Shown one piece after another: positions 8,738-19,233 of a DNA stretch of 37,448 nt. Position numbers and translations under genes: made by a program. Within the stretch, counting starts at the first letter, position 1; every line of letters begins with the position of its first letter. The stretch spans positions 1-37,448 of the forward strand of contig JBDKUT010000009.1 of the NCBI GenBank assembly GCA_039679545.1. The letters run 5' to 3'. The notes beneath the pieces were generated by a model. That model saw only the letters and a program-made list of their open reading frames with translations, did no database searches and was not told the origin of the DNA. This DNA is from Thermotogota bacterium. GTDB lineage: Bacteria; Bipolaricaulota; Bipolaricaulia; UBA7950; UBA9294.

Positions 8738-9382
8738 ATGAGCATTTCCGTGGTGGTGCCCGCGTACAACGAGGCCGGACGGATCGGGGCGGTGCTCGAA
8801 CCCGTACTCGGTAGCCGTCTTGTGGCCGAGGTCATCGTCGTAGACGACGGCTCGGAAGACTCGACGGCCGAGGAAGCGAGCCGCTTTCCGGTCCGGGTGG
8901 TTCGGCTTTCGGAGAACCGCGGGAAGGCTGCCGCGCTCGACGCGGGGGTCGCCGCGGCGAAGTACGACGTGTTCCTGTTCCTCGACGCCGACCTCGTCGG
9001 CCTTCGCACGGAGCACGTCGACCGGTTGATCCACGCCTTCGTCGAGCAGGATCTGGACATGGCCGTGGGCGTCTTCTCCGACGGGCGTAAGAACACAGAC
9101 CTGGCGCAGAAGATCAACCCGTATGCGTCGGGACAACGGGTTCTCCCGCGGCGCCTGTGGGAGCACGCCAAGGAAAACGTGGAGGATGTGCACGAGATGA
9201 ACTTCGGGATCGAGATCACCCTGTCGAAGCTGGCCGCCAAGGAAGGGTGGAAGAAGGAGTACGTCAAGCTCGAGGGGGTCACGCACGTCCTGAAGGAAGA
9301 GAAACGGGGGTTCGCAAAGGGCATCGCGGACCGTCTGCGAATGTACGGCGACATGATCAAGTGGCTGTTCAAGAGGCTCTAG
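8738..9382 (+). CDS. Glycosyltransferase family 2
   Basis: SVVVPAYNE, VIVVDDGSED, NRGKAAA and FLDADL (DxD). Confidence 0.9.
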   Translation: MSISVVVPAYNEAGRIGAVLEPVLGSRLVAEVIVVDDGSEDSTAEEASRFPVRVVRLSENRGKAAALDAGVAAAKYDVFLFLDADLVGLRTEHVDRLIHAFVEQDLDMAVGVFSDGRKNTDLAQKINPYASGQRVLPRRLWEHAKENVEDVHEMNFGIEITLSKLAAKEGWKKEYVKLEGVTHVLKEEKRGFAKGIADRLRMYGDMIKWLFKRL

Positions 9383-9383
9383 C

Positions 9384-9830
9384 ATGAAGATCGCGATTGG
9401 AGCAGACCACGCGGGGGTGGAGCTGAAAGCCTACCTCATCGCGCGAGCCCTTGAGGGGCACACGGTGGTCGACGTCGGAACCGCCTCGTCAGCTCCCGTG
9501 GACTACCCGGACATCGCTCGCGCCGTCGTGAAGCTGATTCGGCACGGTGAGGCGGATCGAGGGATCCTGATCTGCGGGACCGGCATTGGGATGGCGATGG
9601 CGGCGGGGAAGTACCCTGGGATTCGTGCGGCGACGTGTACGGAATCGTTCTCGGCGGAACTGAGCCGACGGCACAACGACGCGAACGTTCTCTGTCTGGG
9701 AGGGCGGGTGCTCGGGGCGGGACTCGCCGAGCACATCGTGCGTGCGTGGCTTGCGGCGCCGTTCGAGGGAGGGCGGCACGCGACGCGAGTGGGCAAGCTC
9801 GAGGATCGAGCGGGCAGCGAAACCAGGTAA
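9384..9830 (+). CDS. rpiB: Ribose-5-phosphate isomerase B
   Basis: GADHAG, DYPD, CGTGIG, HNDANVL and FEGGRH. Confidence 0.95.
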   Translation: MKIAIGADHAGVELKAYLIARALEGHTVVDVGTASSAPVDYPDIARAVVKLIRHGEADRGILICGTGIGMAMAAGKYPGIRAATCTESFSAELSRRHNDANVLCLGGRVLGAGLAEHIVRAWLAAPFEGGRHATRVGKLEDRAGSETR

Positions 9831-9901
9831 GGGGCAGGCTTCTGCCTTCGACCTCCCTCGACGTGACGAACCCGAAGGCAACACATTTGAGGTGAGCGGG
9901 C

Positions 9902-11152
9902 ATGGAAATCCGAGAACTGCGACGTAAGACGATCGACGAACTGGAGCAGTTCGCCGAGACAATCGACATCAAGAACTCCAGGCAGATTGGGAAGGACGAC
10001 CTTCTGCGCATGGTGATGGCTCACCTCGCGCGGAACAAGGACCTTCAGTTCATCGACGGCATCCTGGAGCTTCACCCGGACGGGTACGGCTTCCTGCGAA
10101 GCGACAGTTGCCTTCCCGGGAAGGCGGACATCTACGTGTCACCTTCGCAGATCAAGCGGTTTGCGCTTCGGGACGGCGATCTCGTCTCCGGCCCGATCCG
10201 CGGGCCGAAGAACGACGAGCGGTACTTCGCGCTTCTGAAGGCAGACGCCGTGAACGGGGGCGATCCGGAGGACTCCCGCCGTCGCGTGCAGTTCCAGGAG
10301 CTGACGCCCCTTCACCCGAATCAGCACCTCAAGCTCGAGCACGATCCGGAGGAGATCTCGACCCGCATCATTGACCTCTTCTGCCCGATCGGAAAGGGAC
10401 AACGCGGACTCATCGTGTCTCCTCCGAAGGCAGGAAAGACGACGCTGCTCAAGAAGATCGCGAACGGGATCAACGCCAACTATCCCGACATCAAGCTGTT
10501 CGTTCTCCTTGTCGACGAACGTCCGGAGGAAGTCACGGACTTCACACGGTCGATCAAGAACGGCGAGGTCGTCGCCGCGACGTTCGACCAGGAGCCGAAG
10601 CACCATACGCGGATCGCGGAGCTGGTCACGGACCGCGCGAAGCGGCTCGTCGAGCTGGGGCACGACGTCGTGATCTTGATGGATTCGATCACGCGGCTCG
10701 CTCGCGCCTACAACCTCTCGATTCCGGCGTCCGGGAAGCTTCTTTCAGGCGGAATGGATCCGACCGCGCTGTACAAGCCGAAGGAGTTCTTCGGAGCGGC
10801 GCGCAACATCGAGGAGGGAGGGAGCCTCACGATCATTGCCACCGCCCTCGTGGACACGGGGAGCAAGCTTGACCAGGTCGTGTTCGAGGAGTTCAAGGGA
10901 ACCGGGAACATGGAACTCGTCCTCAACCGCGACCTTCAGAACCGCCGCATCTTCCCCGCGATCGACATCGAACAGAGCGGAACGCGGAAAGAGGAACTCC
11001 TTCTCGGCGAGAAGGAATTGAAGCGCGTATGGATTCTCCGTAAGATGATCAGCGAGTTGAACGACTTGCAGGCAGCGATGCAGTTCATCAAGGCGAAGAT
11101 GGAGGCGACGAGGGACAACGAGCAGTTCCTCGAGCTGATGAAAGGTGACTAG
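9902..11152 (+). CDS. rho: Transcription termination factor Rho
   Basis: [42 protein letters not shown] and [11 protein letters not shown]. Confidence 0.98.
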   Translation: MEIRELRRKTIDELEQFAETIDIKNSRQIGKDDLLRMVMAHLARNKDLQFIDGILELHPDGYGFLRSDSCLPGKADIYVSPSQIKRFALRDGDLVSGPIRGPKNDERYFALLKADAVNGGDPEDSRRRVQFQELTPLHPNQHLKLEHDPEEISTRIIDLFCPIGKGQRGLIVSPPKAGKTTLLKKIANGINANYPDIKLFVLLVDERPEEVTDFTRSIKNGEVVAATFDQEPKHHTRIAELVTDRAKRLVELGHDVVILMDSITRLARAYNLSIPASGKLLSGGMDPTALYKPKEFFGAARNIEEGGSLTIIATALVDTGSKLDQVVFEEFKGTGNMELVLNRDLQNRRIFPAIDIEQSGTRKEELLLGEKELKRVWILRKMISELNDLQAAMQFIKAKMEATRDNEQFLELMKGD

Positions 11153-12305
11153 TCGGCCCAGGTACGGAACTTCGTCTGCAAAGCCGATCCGCAAGGATCG
11201 CGTCCTCATCGCTCTTCTCGTCGTCGCCGCGTGCGTCGCCATCCCCGTCCTCTTGTTGCGCTCGGGAGGCACGAACGAGCCCGAGGGTGACCTTACCGTT
11301 TTCTCCGAGAATCCGAGCGACCAGGCGGCCGCCGCGCTGGCGACGCCGGCGGCGACAAGCGTCGACACGGCGGTCGACCAGATTCTCTCCCCGAATGGGG
11401 CATCCTCGACGAAGCCCGCGGCGAGCTCCGCCCCGGTGAAGCCTGCCGCATCGGCGCCGTCGGCCGCGAGTGCGCCGACAGTGAGCCCCGCGAGCAGCAC
11501 GACCGCAACGGTACCATCGACGTCGGGAAGCAAGACGACGAAGCCCGCGTCGACGGGCCCTTCGGGTGCGGGCGGCTCGATCGTCTCCCACACCGTGAAG
11601 AAGGGAGACACCGTGTCGAGCGTCGCCACGGCGCTCGGAGTCAGCGCCTCCATCCTGCGGGCAAGCAACCATCTGTACGAAGGCGAATCGCTCGAAGTGG
11701 GACAGGTCCTCTATGCGTCGCGCGCCGGGGTCGTGCACACGATCAAGTCGGGACAAACGCTGACGGACATCTCGCTCACCTACTCCGTGCCCGTCGGGAA
11801 GCTGACGGCGGCGAACGGACTCACGACGGCGTCGACCATCTACTCGGGAAGCCGGATCGTGATCCCGGGAGGGACGTCGGCACTCTGGGACACGGTGAGC
11901 GACCTGTCGAAGGGAACCCGATCGGAGTACATCTGGCCGCTCGAGGGCAAGGTCGTCTCGGGGTTCGGGTGGCGGGTCCACGAGGTCCTGAAGCAGAAGC
12001 AACACCACGACGGGATCGACATCGACGTCCCCGAGGGGACAGTCGTTCGCGCGTCGGCACCCGGCAGGGTCTACTTCTACGGCGAACAACCGGGGTACGG
12101 GAGCGTCCTCATCATCGAACACGCGAACAAGTGGTACACGCTCTACGGCCACTTGAGCAGCTCGCTCGTCTACGTAGGCCAGTACGTGGAGGCCGGTCAG
12201 CGGGTGGCGCTGTCGGGGAACACGGGAATCTCCTCGGGGCCGCATCTACACTTCGAGATGCGGAACGGCGAGTTCCCCGTCGATCCGTTGCGCTATCTTC
12301 CCTAG
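11145..12305 (+). CDS. Membrane-anchored LysM-domain M23 family peptidoglycan endopeptidase
   Basis: N-terminal TM segment, Ser/Ala/Thr/Pro linker, two LysM repeats (HTVKKGDT, HTIKSGQTL), and M23 motifs HDGID, YGHL and GPHLHFE. Confidence 0.9.
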   Translation: MTSRPRYGTSSAKPIRKDRVLIALLVVAACVAIPVLLLRSGGTNEPEGDLTVFSENPSDQAAAALATPAATSVDTAVDQILSPNGASSTKPAASSAPVKPAASAPSAASAPTVSPASSTTATVPSTSGSKTTKPASTGPSGAGGSIVSHTVKKGDTVSSVATALGVSASILRASNHLYEGESLEVGQVLYASRAGVVHTIKSGQTLTDISLTYSVPVGKLTAANGLTTASTIYSGSRIVIPGGTSALWDTVSDLSKGTRSEYIWPLEGKVVSGFGWRVHEVLKQKQHHDGIDIDVPEGTVVRASAPGRVYFYGEQPGYGSVLIIEHANKWYTLYGHLSSSLVYVGQYVEAGQRVALSGNTGISSGPHLHFEMRNGEFPVDPLRYLP

Positions 12306-12312
12306 CCGATCT

Positions 12313-13560
12313 ATGGACGCGCTGATCATCGAGGGGGGACGGCGCCTGTCGGGGCGCATTGCGATCGAAGGGGCGAAGAACGCGGCGCTGCCAGCCTGCG
12401 TCGCCGCACTCCTCACCGACGAGCCGATCATCCTGCGTCGAGTTCCCCAGCTGCGCGACGTCAGCACAATTCTCTACACACTCGGTGCGCTCGGGAAGCG
12501 TGTCGTCCGGAACGAAGGGAGCGTCGTCATCTCGGGCGACGGCCCCCTGTCGGGTGAAGCGAACCCCTACTCCGTGCGCAAAATGCGCGCCTCGTTTCTC
12601 GTCCTGGGCCCTCTTCTGGCTCGGCTTGGACGTGCGAGGGTTCCGCTGCCGGGAGGGTGCGTGATCGGCGCGCGTCCCGTCGACCTCCACCTGCGTGGAC
12701 TGCAAGCGCTGGGAGCGCACATCGAGGAGCACGACGGCGTCATCGACGTTTCGGCGGACCGGTTGCGCGGCGCGCGGATCGAACTGGGCTTTCCGTCCGT
12801 CGGGGCGACGGAGCAGCTGATGATGACGGCGACGCTGGCGGAGGGCGTGACGGAGATCGCCAACGCGGCCGTCGAGCCCGAGGTCCTCGACTTGGCGAGG
12901 CTCCTGCGCGCGATGGGGGCCGAGATCGAGGTCGATGACCGGACGATTCGCGTCGCGACGTCGCGTCTCGGCGCGACCGAACACACGTTGATCCCGGACC
13001 GCCTGGAAGCGGGGACGATTCTTCTCGCCGCGGCGATCGCTCGCGGCGAAGCCACGGCCGAGGACGTCGACCCGGACCACCTGCGCCCGCTCTCCGACGC
13101 GCTGCGGCAGGTCGGGGTCGAGGTGCAGGAGGTTGGGCAGACCGTCACCGTGTCGGCGCGTGGGCCGCTCCGTGGGACGACGATCGAGACCGCGCCGCAT
13201 CCGGGGTTCCCGACCGACCTCCATCCCCCGTTCGCGGCGCTTCTGACCGTCGCCAGCGGAACGAGCAGGGTCAAGGAAACCGTGTTCGAAAGCCGGTTCA
13301 CGTACGTCGACCCGCTCCGGACGATGGGCGCGCAGATCACGGTTGATGGAAGGACGGCGACGATCACCGGCGTCGATCGGCTGCGAGCGGGGACGATCGA
13401 GGCGCCCGACATCCGCGCTGGCGCAGCGCTCGTTCTCGCAGCGCTCGCCGCAGAGGGCACGACAACTCTGGGTGGGCTCGAACACATCGACCGGGGCTAC
13501 GAGCGCCTGACGGAAAAGTTGCAGCTTCTGGGAGCGAAGATTGAGCGACAGAACACCTGA
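12313..13560 (+). CDS. murA: UDP-N-acetylglucosamine 1-carboxyvinyltransferase
   Basis: GAKNAALP, MRASFLVLGPLL, LPGGC.IG.RPVDLH (active-site Cys retained), PGFPTD and HIDRGYE. Confidence 0.96.
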   Translation: MDALIIEGGRRLSGRIAIEGAKNAALPACVAALLTDEPIILRRVPQLRDVSTILYTLGALGKRVVRNEGSVVISGDGPLSGEANPYSVRKMRASFLVLGPLLARLGRARVPLPGGCVIGARPVDLHLRGLQALGAHIEEHDGVIDVSADRLRGARIELGFPSVGATEQLMMTATLAEGVTEIANAAVEPEVLDLARLLRAMGAEIEVDDRTIRVATSRLGATEHTLIPDRLEAGTILLAAAIARGEATAEDVDPDHLRPLSDALRQVGVEVQEVGQTVTVSARGPLRGTTIETAPHPGFPTDLHPPFAALLTVASGTSRVKETVFESRFTYVDPLRTMGAQITVDGRTATITGVDRLRAGTIEAPDIRAGAALVLAALAAEGTTTLGGLEHIDRGYERLTEKLQLLGAKIERQNT

Positions 13561-14902
13561 ACCGGACGAAGTGCGCCGCCCGCTGGTCGAAGACCGGCTT
13601 GGGGTTCGCGCGCGCGTCTACGGGAACGAACGTGCCGTGCTCGTCGGCATCGACCGGGGCCACGCTGGCGAGGGCCTCCTCGATGAACTCGAGTCTCTGA
13701 CGGACACCGCCGGGATCGTCACCCTGGCGACCCTGGTGCAGAAGCGGGTGCGCCCCGATCCCGCGACCTTTATCGGCAAGGGCAAGCTGGAGGAGGTCCT
13801 GGCGGCGTGTGACGAGCTCGGCGCCGACGCGGTCATCTTCAACGACGAGCTCCACGCGAGCCAAGCCCGCAACCTCGAGGACGCCCTCGGCCGCAAGGTC
13901 ATTGACCGCACGCAGCTTATCATGGACATCTTTGCCCAGCGCGCCGCATCGAAAGAAGCGAAGCTTCAGGTCGAGCTGGCCCAGTTGCGGTACCGGCTCC
14001 CCCGCCTACGCGGATGGGGACAAGCGTTGACGCAGACGGGCGGCGGAATCGGCACGCGTGGGCCGGGCGAGACGCAGCTCGAGATCGACCGCGAGAAGAT
14101 CCGCCACCGGATCCACGCGCTCGAGCGTCGGTTGCGCGAAGTGGCTAAGGAGCGCTCGACGCGCCGGAAGCTCCGCTCGCACGGGGAGCTGCCCCAGGTA
14201 ACGCTTGTCGGGTACACGAACAGCGGGAAGTCGACGCTCCTCAATCGGCTGACCGACGCCGACAGTCTCGTCGAGGACAAGCTGTTCGCGACCCTCGACA
14301 CGGTGGTCCGACGTGGGCCCCTCGTGGACGGGCGCGAGGCGTTGTTCATCGACACGGTCGGCTTCATCCGCGACCTTCCGCATCACCTGGTCCCGGCGTT
14401 CGCGGCGACGCTCGAGGCCGTTCGATATGCCGACCTCGTCGTTCACATCGTCGACATCGCTCGGCCCTCGTGGAACGAGGACTACCGTTCCGTCCTCGAT
14501 ACGCTGGAGCGAGAAGTCTTTCGAGACGGCGACGTCCGGCCGCCTGTTCTGAATGCGCTGAACAAGATCGATCTCTGCCCGGAGAGTGCCGAGCGCGACC
14601 TTCCCGGTGTGCGAATCTCGGCGCGGGACGACGTCCACATCGACGAGCTGCTTGCAGCCATCGCTGACGTCGTCTACCCGGCGGATCGGGAGGTCGAGAT
14701 CCTCGTCCCGTACGCGACGCTCGGGCGGTTCGGGAGCCTTCGGGATCCACGAAGGGTCCGCTCCCTCGAGTACACCGACGAGGGGGCGCGAGTTCGCGTC
14801 CTGTTGTCTCCGGCAGAGCTGGCGGATGTCGAAGCCGGTGGAGGGAAGGTCAGTGCTTCCGCTTCTTCCCCGGCTGCAGAACCTCGATCTCGTCGACCGT
14901 AG
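13541..14902 (+). CDS. hflX: Ribosome-splitting GTPase HflX
   Basis: GGIGTRGPGETQLE, GYTNSGKST, LFATLD, DTVGFI and NKID. Confidence 0.95.
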   Translation: MSDRTPEPDEVRRPLVEDRLGVRARVYGNERAVLVGIDRGHAGEGLLDELESLTDTAGIVTLATLVQKRVRPDPATFIGKGKLEEVLAACDELGADAVIFNDELHASQARNLEDALGRKVIDRTQLIMDIFAQRAASKEAKLQVELAQLRYRLPRLRGWGQALTQTGGGIGTRGPGETQLEIDREKIRHRIHALERRLREVAKERSTRRKLRSHGELPQVTLVGYTNSGKSTLLNRLTDADSLVEDKLFATLDTVVRRGPLVDGREALFIDTVGFIRDLPHHLVPAFAATLEAVRYADLVVHIVDIARPSWNEDYRSVLDTLEREVFRDGDVRPPVLNALNKIDLCPESAERDLPGVRISARDDVHIDELLAAIADVVYPADREVEILVPYATLGRFGSLRDPRRVRSLEYTDEGARVRVLLSPAELADVEAGGGKVSASASSPAAEPRSRRP

Positions 14903-15671
14903 CCTCGATTCGCTCCCGCTCCTCCGTCAGGATCGTCACCGTCTGGCGAAAGATGCTGTGCGAGATCACCTTGCCCTGCTTCTCGCCGACGGCCACCTGG
15001 GCGCCAAGCTTCGGAAGTCGCGCCAACTCGGTCAGGTACGTCTCGTGCTCGTAGGCGAGGCAGCACATCAAGCGGCCGCAGGCACCCGTGATCCGTTCCG
15101 GGGACACGAACAGCTCCTGGTCGTAGGCAAGATCCATGGGCACGGGCTTCGGCTCGCGCAGGAAGCGGTGACAGCAGATCTCGATGCCGCAGCGGCCGAC
15201 GCCGCCGCGCAGGCGCGCCTCATCACGCGCACCCATCTGCCGAAGCTCGATGCGTGTGTTGAACCGGCTGGCGAGGTCGCGGAGGAGGTTCCGGAAGTCG
15301 ACGCGGTGCGGCGCCGTGAAGTAGATGCGCAGCTGCTTGCGGTCGAGCGTGTACTCGGCCGCGACGAGGTGCATCGGAAGGTCGTGGCGGGCGACCGCCT
15401 CGCGGGTCGCTGTGACCGTGCGCTCCGCGTCGGCCTGGTTGTAGCGGTGCGCGTCGAGATCCGCCTCGGTGGCCACGCGGACGACGCGTTCGAGCTGGCC
15501 GGAGAGCTCCCCGCCCGCCGGGACCTCCTCGCCCACCGTCCCGAGGCGCAACCCGTTGTGCTCAACGACGCAGGAGTCGCCGACGTGGAGTGGCAGCTCC
15601 TCGGCGTTGAAGTAGGCGGCCTCGCGCTCGAGGTCGAGGATCCGCACAAGAACGATCCGGTCATTCGGCAT
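14850..15671 (-). CDS. ricT: PSP1-domain protein (RicT/YaaT family)
   Basis: IYFTAPHRVDFRNL, TRIELRQMGARDEA, GRCGIEICC and GACGRLMCCLAYE. Start overlaps the holB stop. Confidence 0.88.
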   Translation of the reverse strand: MPNDRIVLVRILDLEREAAYFNAEELPLHVGDSCVVEHNGLRLGTVGEEVPAGGELSGQLERVVRVATEADLDAHRYNQADAERTVTATREAVARHDLPMHLVAAEYTLDRKQLRIYFTAPHRVDFRNLLRDLASRFNTRIELRQMGARDEARLRGGVGRCGIEICCHRFLREPKPVPMDLAYDQELFVSPERITGACGRLMCCLAYEHETYLTELARLPKLGAQVAVGEKQGKVISHSIFRQTVTILTEERERIEATVDEIEVLQPGKKRKH

Positions 15672-16653
15672 GGACGACTCCTCCGATGGCGAAGAAAAGC
15701 GACAGGAGGACGCCCTCCGTCGGTGCAAAAGCATAGAGCGCCCGATGCGCGCGGTCTACGGCAAGGCACGTCCGCTCGAGGACGTCCGTGCCGAGAGCCG
15801 CCGCCGGCTCACCCCGAGCAGCGGCCGCAATCGCCTCCCGGAGACGGTCGAAGGAGGCGCCAAGCAGTTCCTGCAGGAACAGAAAGAGCGTCGTGCGTTC
15901 CTGGGCGGCGAGCTGGGCGACCCCGGTCGTGAAAAGGTGGGGATCGAGGCCGACGGCGCGGATCACGATCTCCCTCAGGGCCTCGCGCCGCAGGATCGGG
16001 TCGTCGCCGATTGCGGAAGAGATGAGGTCCTCGATGGCGGCTACGGCGGCTTGCGCGGCCGCCGCCGCTAGCGCCGCCGACACATCAAGGTGCGCCTCCA
16101 GGAATCGGTCGAGGTCGCCGGGTCGGTCGGCCACCCGCGAAAGCCATTGGGCCTCGGCGTCGGTGTCCCCGCAGGCCGTCAGACGCTCGGGGTGGGCTTC
16201 GCGTTCCTCGGGGGTAACGCGAACGACGCGGCTGCGCGACACGATCGTCGGCAACAGGTCCCCGGCGTGCTCTGCGAGGAGCGCAAAGACCATCCCCCGC
16301 GGCGGCTCCTCGAGCGTCTTCAGGAGGCCGTTAGCCGCTTCGACGGTCAGGCTCTCGGCTCGCGGAACAAGACACACCTTGCGGTCACTCTCCACCGGCG
16401 AGAACTGCGCGGCACGGATCGCCTCGCGAACCTGGTCAATGCCGATCTTCTCCTTGCCGTCTTCCGCGTAGAGCTCAATGACGTCGGGGTGAATACCGCG
16501 TTCGGCGAGGGCGTGGTCCTTCGGACGCTTGGAGAGCATCGGGGCCGCAAGGCGACGGCCGAGGGCTCGGCGATCCGACCGAGGCGGGACGAGGTAGAGC
16601 GTCGCCGTCGGCGGACCGGCTGCGGAGCTGCGCGCTTCCGATGCTGATGTCAT
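15661..16653 (-). CDS. holB: DNA polymerase III delta-prime-like subunit (divergent)
   Basis: HPDV, IGIDQVRE, AANGLLKTLEEPP and LLPTIVSRS; lies directly upstream of ricT. Start uncertain (16653 or 16671). Confidence 0.8.
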   Translation of the reverse strand: MTSASEARSSAAGPPTATLYLVPPRSDRRALGRRLAAPMLSKRPKDHALAERGIHPDVIELYAEDGKEKIGIDQVREAIRAAQFSPVESDRKVCLVPRAESLTVEAANGLLKTLEEPPRGMVFALLAEHAGDLLPTIVSRSRVVRVTPEEREAHPERLTACGDTDAEAQWLSRVADRPGDLDRFLEAHLDVSAALAAAAAQAAVAAIEDLISSAIGDDPILRREALREIVIRAVGLDPHLFTTGVAQLAAQERTTLFLFLQELLGASFDRLREAIAAAARGEPAAALGTDVLERTCLAVDRAHRALYAFAPTEGVLLSLFFAIGGVVHAE

Positions 16654-16699
16654 CGCGGTTTGAGAGTACACGAGGGGGTCGCCATACGCAATTTCGGTT

Positions 16700-17203
16700 C
16701 TAGGCGGGCGCGGCGATCAGTTCCTCGAGAAGTCCGAGAATCGCCTCGCGGTCGCGCGGGGAAATGACGGAGACCCCGTCGGGGACAGCGACGTGCTCGC
16801 TCGTGACGACGGCGACGACGTCGATCTCGCCGGCCAGCGGTTCCCGGCGCAGGTCGCGCCCGCGGCGGAAGACCTCGATCTTCGGCCACGGACCGTGCTT
16901 GAATCCCTCGGCGAGGACGACGTCGCACCCGGCGAACAGGCGGTCGATATCGCTGGGGAGGTCTTCGTCTTCGTGTTCCCACGTGAGCGACGAGACGCGC
17001 TCGCCGCGCAGGAGGACTCGGCTTGCGCCTGCGGCAAGGTGTTGTTCGCTGTCCGAGTCGGGGCGGTCGACCTCGTCCAAGTGCGGAGCGTGCTTCACGG
17101 TGCCGACTCGGTACCCGCGCTCGACGAGGAGAGGGATGATCTCGACCAAGAGACGGGTCTTCCCGCTGTCGTGGTGGCCGATGAAGGAGATGACCGGGAT
17201 CAT
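16700..17203 (-). CDS. mobB: Molybdopterin-guanine dinucleotide biosynthesis protein B
   Basis: GHHDSGKT P-loop, VGTVKH, DVVLAEGFK and PKIEV. Coupled to aor by an ATGA overlap. Confidence 0.88.
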   Translation of the reverse strand: MIPVISFIGHHDSGKTRLLVEIIPLLVERGYRVGTVKHAPHLDEVDRPDSDSEQHLAAGASRVLLRGERVSSLTWEHEDEDLPSDIDRLFAGCDVVLAEGFKHGPWPKIEVFRRGRDLRREPLAGEIDVVAVVTSEHVAVPDGVSVISPRDREAILGLLEELIAAPA

Positions 17204-19050
17204 GACGCCGCCCTCACCATCCGGCTAGCGCAATCCGCCAGGCCGAGGCTGCGGAGCGTAGCATCCGTCGGTCCGTAACGGTCGTAGCCCCGCGCGCAGT
17301 AGTAGGCGGCGACGGCCTCGGCCATCGTCTCCGTCACGATGGGGTGGTTGGCGCTCGCGCCGTGCGGAAGCGGCTCGGCAAAGCGCCGCGGGAGTTCGTC
17401 GGCTTCCATGACGTGGCCGGCGCGGCCGGAGAGAAGACGGAGGAGCGCGTAGTTGCGAGCTCCGATTTGCCGCATCTCCTGGGCGTCGACAGCGAGTCCC
17501 GTCGCCGCCTCGAGCAGCGATCGGATGGCCGGGAAGTTGTAGGACGCACCCACCTCGTTGGTCGTGAAGCAGCAGAGGACGAGGGAGTTCGTGAACGATC
17601 GCAGGTCTTCGAAGGCGATGGTCGGAGCGACCTTGTCGAGGAGCGTGAACCGGTCGTAGCTTCGAGTGACTCCGAGCTCGGGACACGGAGCCTCCCGCTC
17701 GAGCATCGTGTCGTGCATCCCCTCCATGTGGGTCGCGCCGCGCGGGCTTGTCGCGTAGGAGAGCCCGAGGCCTTGCTTGCCGCGCGGCTCGTGCATCGGG
17801 AGTTCGACGCCCTTGATCGCCATCGCAAAGTCCGCGCTGAGGTCGCGAGCGAAGAGGTCGAGTCCGTCGGCAAGTCGGTCGCCGATCCCCTCACGGCGAG
17901 CGAGGGCGTGGACAATCGAGATCACCGCGTGCGCGTCGCCCCACGCGATCTCCTCGTCGATCTTCCCCTTCTCGCTCGCCTCCATGAGAAAGGCGACGGC
18001 GACGCCGGTCGAGATGGTGTCGAGGCCGTAGTCGTTGCACAGCTGGTTCGCGAGCGCAATCGAGGAGAGGTCAGCGTTCAGGCACATCGACCCGAAGGCT
18101 CCCACCGTCTCGTACTCTGGCCCACCGAACTCCGGCAAGACGTCGCAGCCGTCGAAGGTGGTCTTCACGACCCGCTTGCAACGCACCGGGCATCCGGCAC
18201 ACGTGTCCTGGCGGACGAGGATCGTGCCGTGCATCCGCTCGCCGCTGATGGCGTCGGCACCTTCGAAGACTCCTTCGGCGAAGTTCCGCGTGGGGAGGAT
18301 CCCTTGTTCGGAGAGCCAGGGGACCCCGGACGCCGTGCCGTACTTGCCGAACTCCTGCGGGCCCTCGGCGAGGAACGTCTTGGCGTACTCAGCGCGCTCA
18401 GTGCGAAACCGGGCCGCGTCGTGAAGGGGCTTCTCGGCGTTTCCGCGGACGACGATCGCCTTGAGGAGTTTCGAGCCCATGACAGCGCCGAGACCCGGGC
18501 GGCCGGCGGAACGCGTACGGTCGTTGATGATGCACGCCTGGGAGACGAGCGATTCCCCGGCGATCCCGATCGAGCTGACGCGCGAGCGTGGATGCCGGTC
18601 TTGGAGTGTGGTCTCGGTCTCTCCGGTTCCCTTGCCCCAGAGGTCGTCGGCCGCGTGAAGCGCGGCGACCCCGTCGATGAGCGTGAGGTAGACAGGGCGC
18701 GGCGAGCGACCGCGAATGAGGATCCCGTCGTAGCCGGAGCGGCCGAGCTCGTGGCCGAAGTGGCCCCCTGCGTACGAGTCGGCCACCCACCCCGTCTTCG
18801 GCGAAACGGCGAGCACGGCGTGGCGCCCGGCCCCAACGACACCTGTTCCCTGCAGCGGCCCCGTTGCGAGGGCGAGCACATTCTCCGGGCCGAGCGGATC
18901 GACGCGGGTCGGAAGCTCCTCCAGGAGGATGCGAGCGGCGATCCCCTTCCCGCCGAGGTGAAGGCGCGACCACGCTTCGGGGACGGCGTAGTCCCGGATG
19001 GCGCCGACCGAGAGGTCGACGTCGAGGTAGCGCCCGTAGCGTGCGTCCAT
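17200..19050 (-). CDS. aor: Aldehyde:ferredoxin oxidoreductase family protein (W/Mo-pterin)
   Basis: LGGKG, SPKTG, AGRPGLGAVMGSKLLKAI, CAGCPVRC, GPEYET, GLDTISTG, HEPRG and SPRGATH. Confidence 0.93.
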   Translation of the reverse strand: MDARYGRYLDVDLSVGAIRDYAVPEAWSRLHLGGKGIAARILLEELPTRVDPLGPENVLALATGPLQGTGVVGAGRHAVLAVSPKTGWVADSYAGGHFGHELGRSGYDGILIRGRSPRPVYLTLIDGVAALHAADDLWGKGTGETETTLQDRHPRSRVSSIGIAGESLVSQACIINDRTRSAGRPGLGAVMGSKLLKAIVVRGNAEKPLHDAARFRTERAEYAKTFLAEGPQEFGKYGTASGVPWLSEQGILPTRNFAEGVFEGADAISGERMHGTILVRQDTCAGCPVRCKRVVKTTFDGCDVLPEFGGPEYETVGAFGSMCLNADLSSIALANQLCNDYGLDTISTGVAVAFLMEASEKGKIDEEIAWGDAHAVISIVHALARREGIGDRLADGLDLFARDLSADFAMAIKGVELPMHEPRGKQGLGLSYATSPRGATHMEGMHDTMLEREAPCPELGVTRSYDRFTLLDKVAPTIAFEDLRSFTNSLVLCCFTTNEVGASYNFPAIRSLLEAATGLAVDAQEMRQIGARNYALLRLLSGRAGHVMEADELPRRFAEPLPHGASANHPIVTETMAEAVAAYYCARGYDRYGPTDATLRSLGLADCASRMVRAAS

Positions 19051-19233
19051 CGGAGGCCCTCCTTGGGTGACTTGTGATTTTACCGGAGATCATGGCGAGC
19101 ATCTCTTTCCGAGAGGCGGAGGGCCAGCGAAGCCGGTTTCGTGGGTCCCCTTCAGGCCGGTTTGCGGCGTCGATTCAGGCCCCCGATAATCCCCTCCGAT
19201 GTCGTCACAGAAAGCCGATCACGAGGTGAACCG

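Noticed and set aside
12640..12700. Fosfomycin-resistant MurA variant
   Set aside because: The active-site Cys (LPGGC) is retained, not replaced by Asp.
17344..19077. 577-aa plus-strand ORF and other long antisense or alternate-frame ORFs (e.g. 7111-8724, 19219-20571, 32558-34390)
   Set aside because: They are shadows of well-supported genes in high-GC DNA, with no motifs or RBS.
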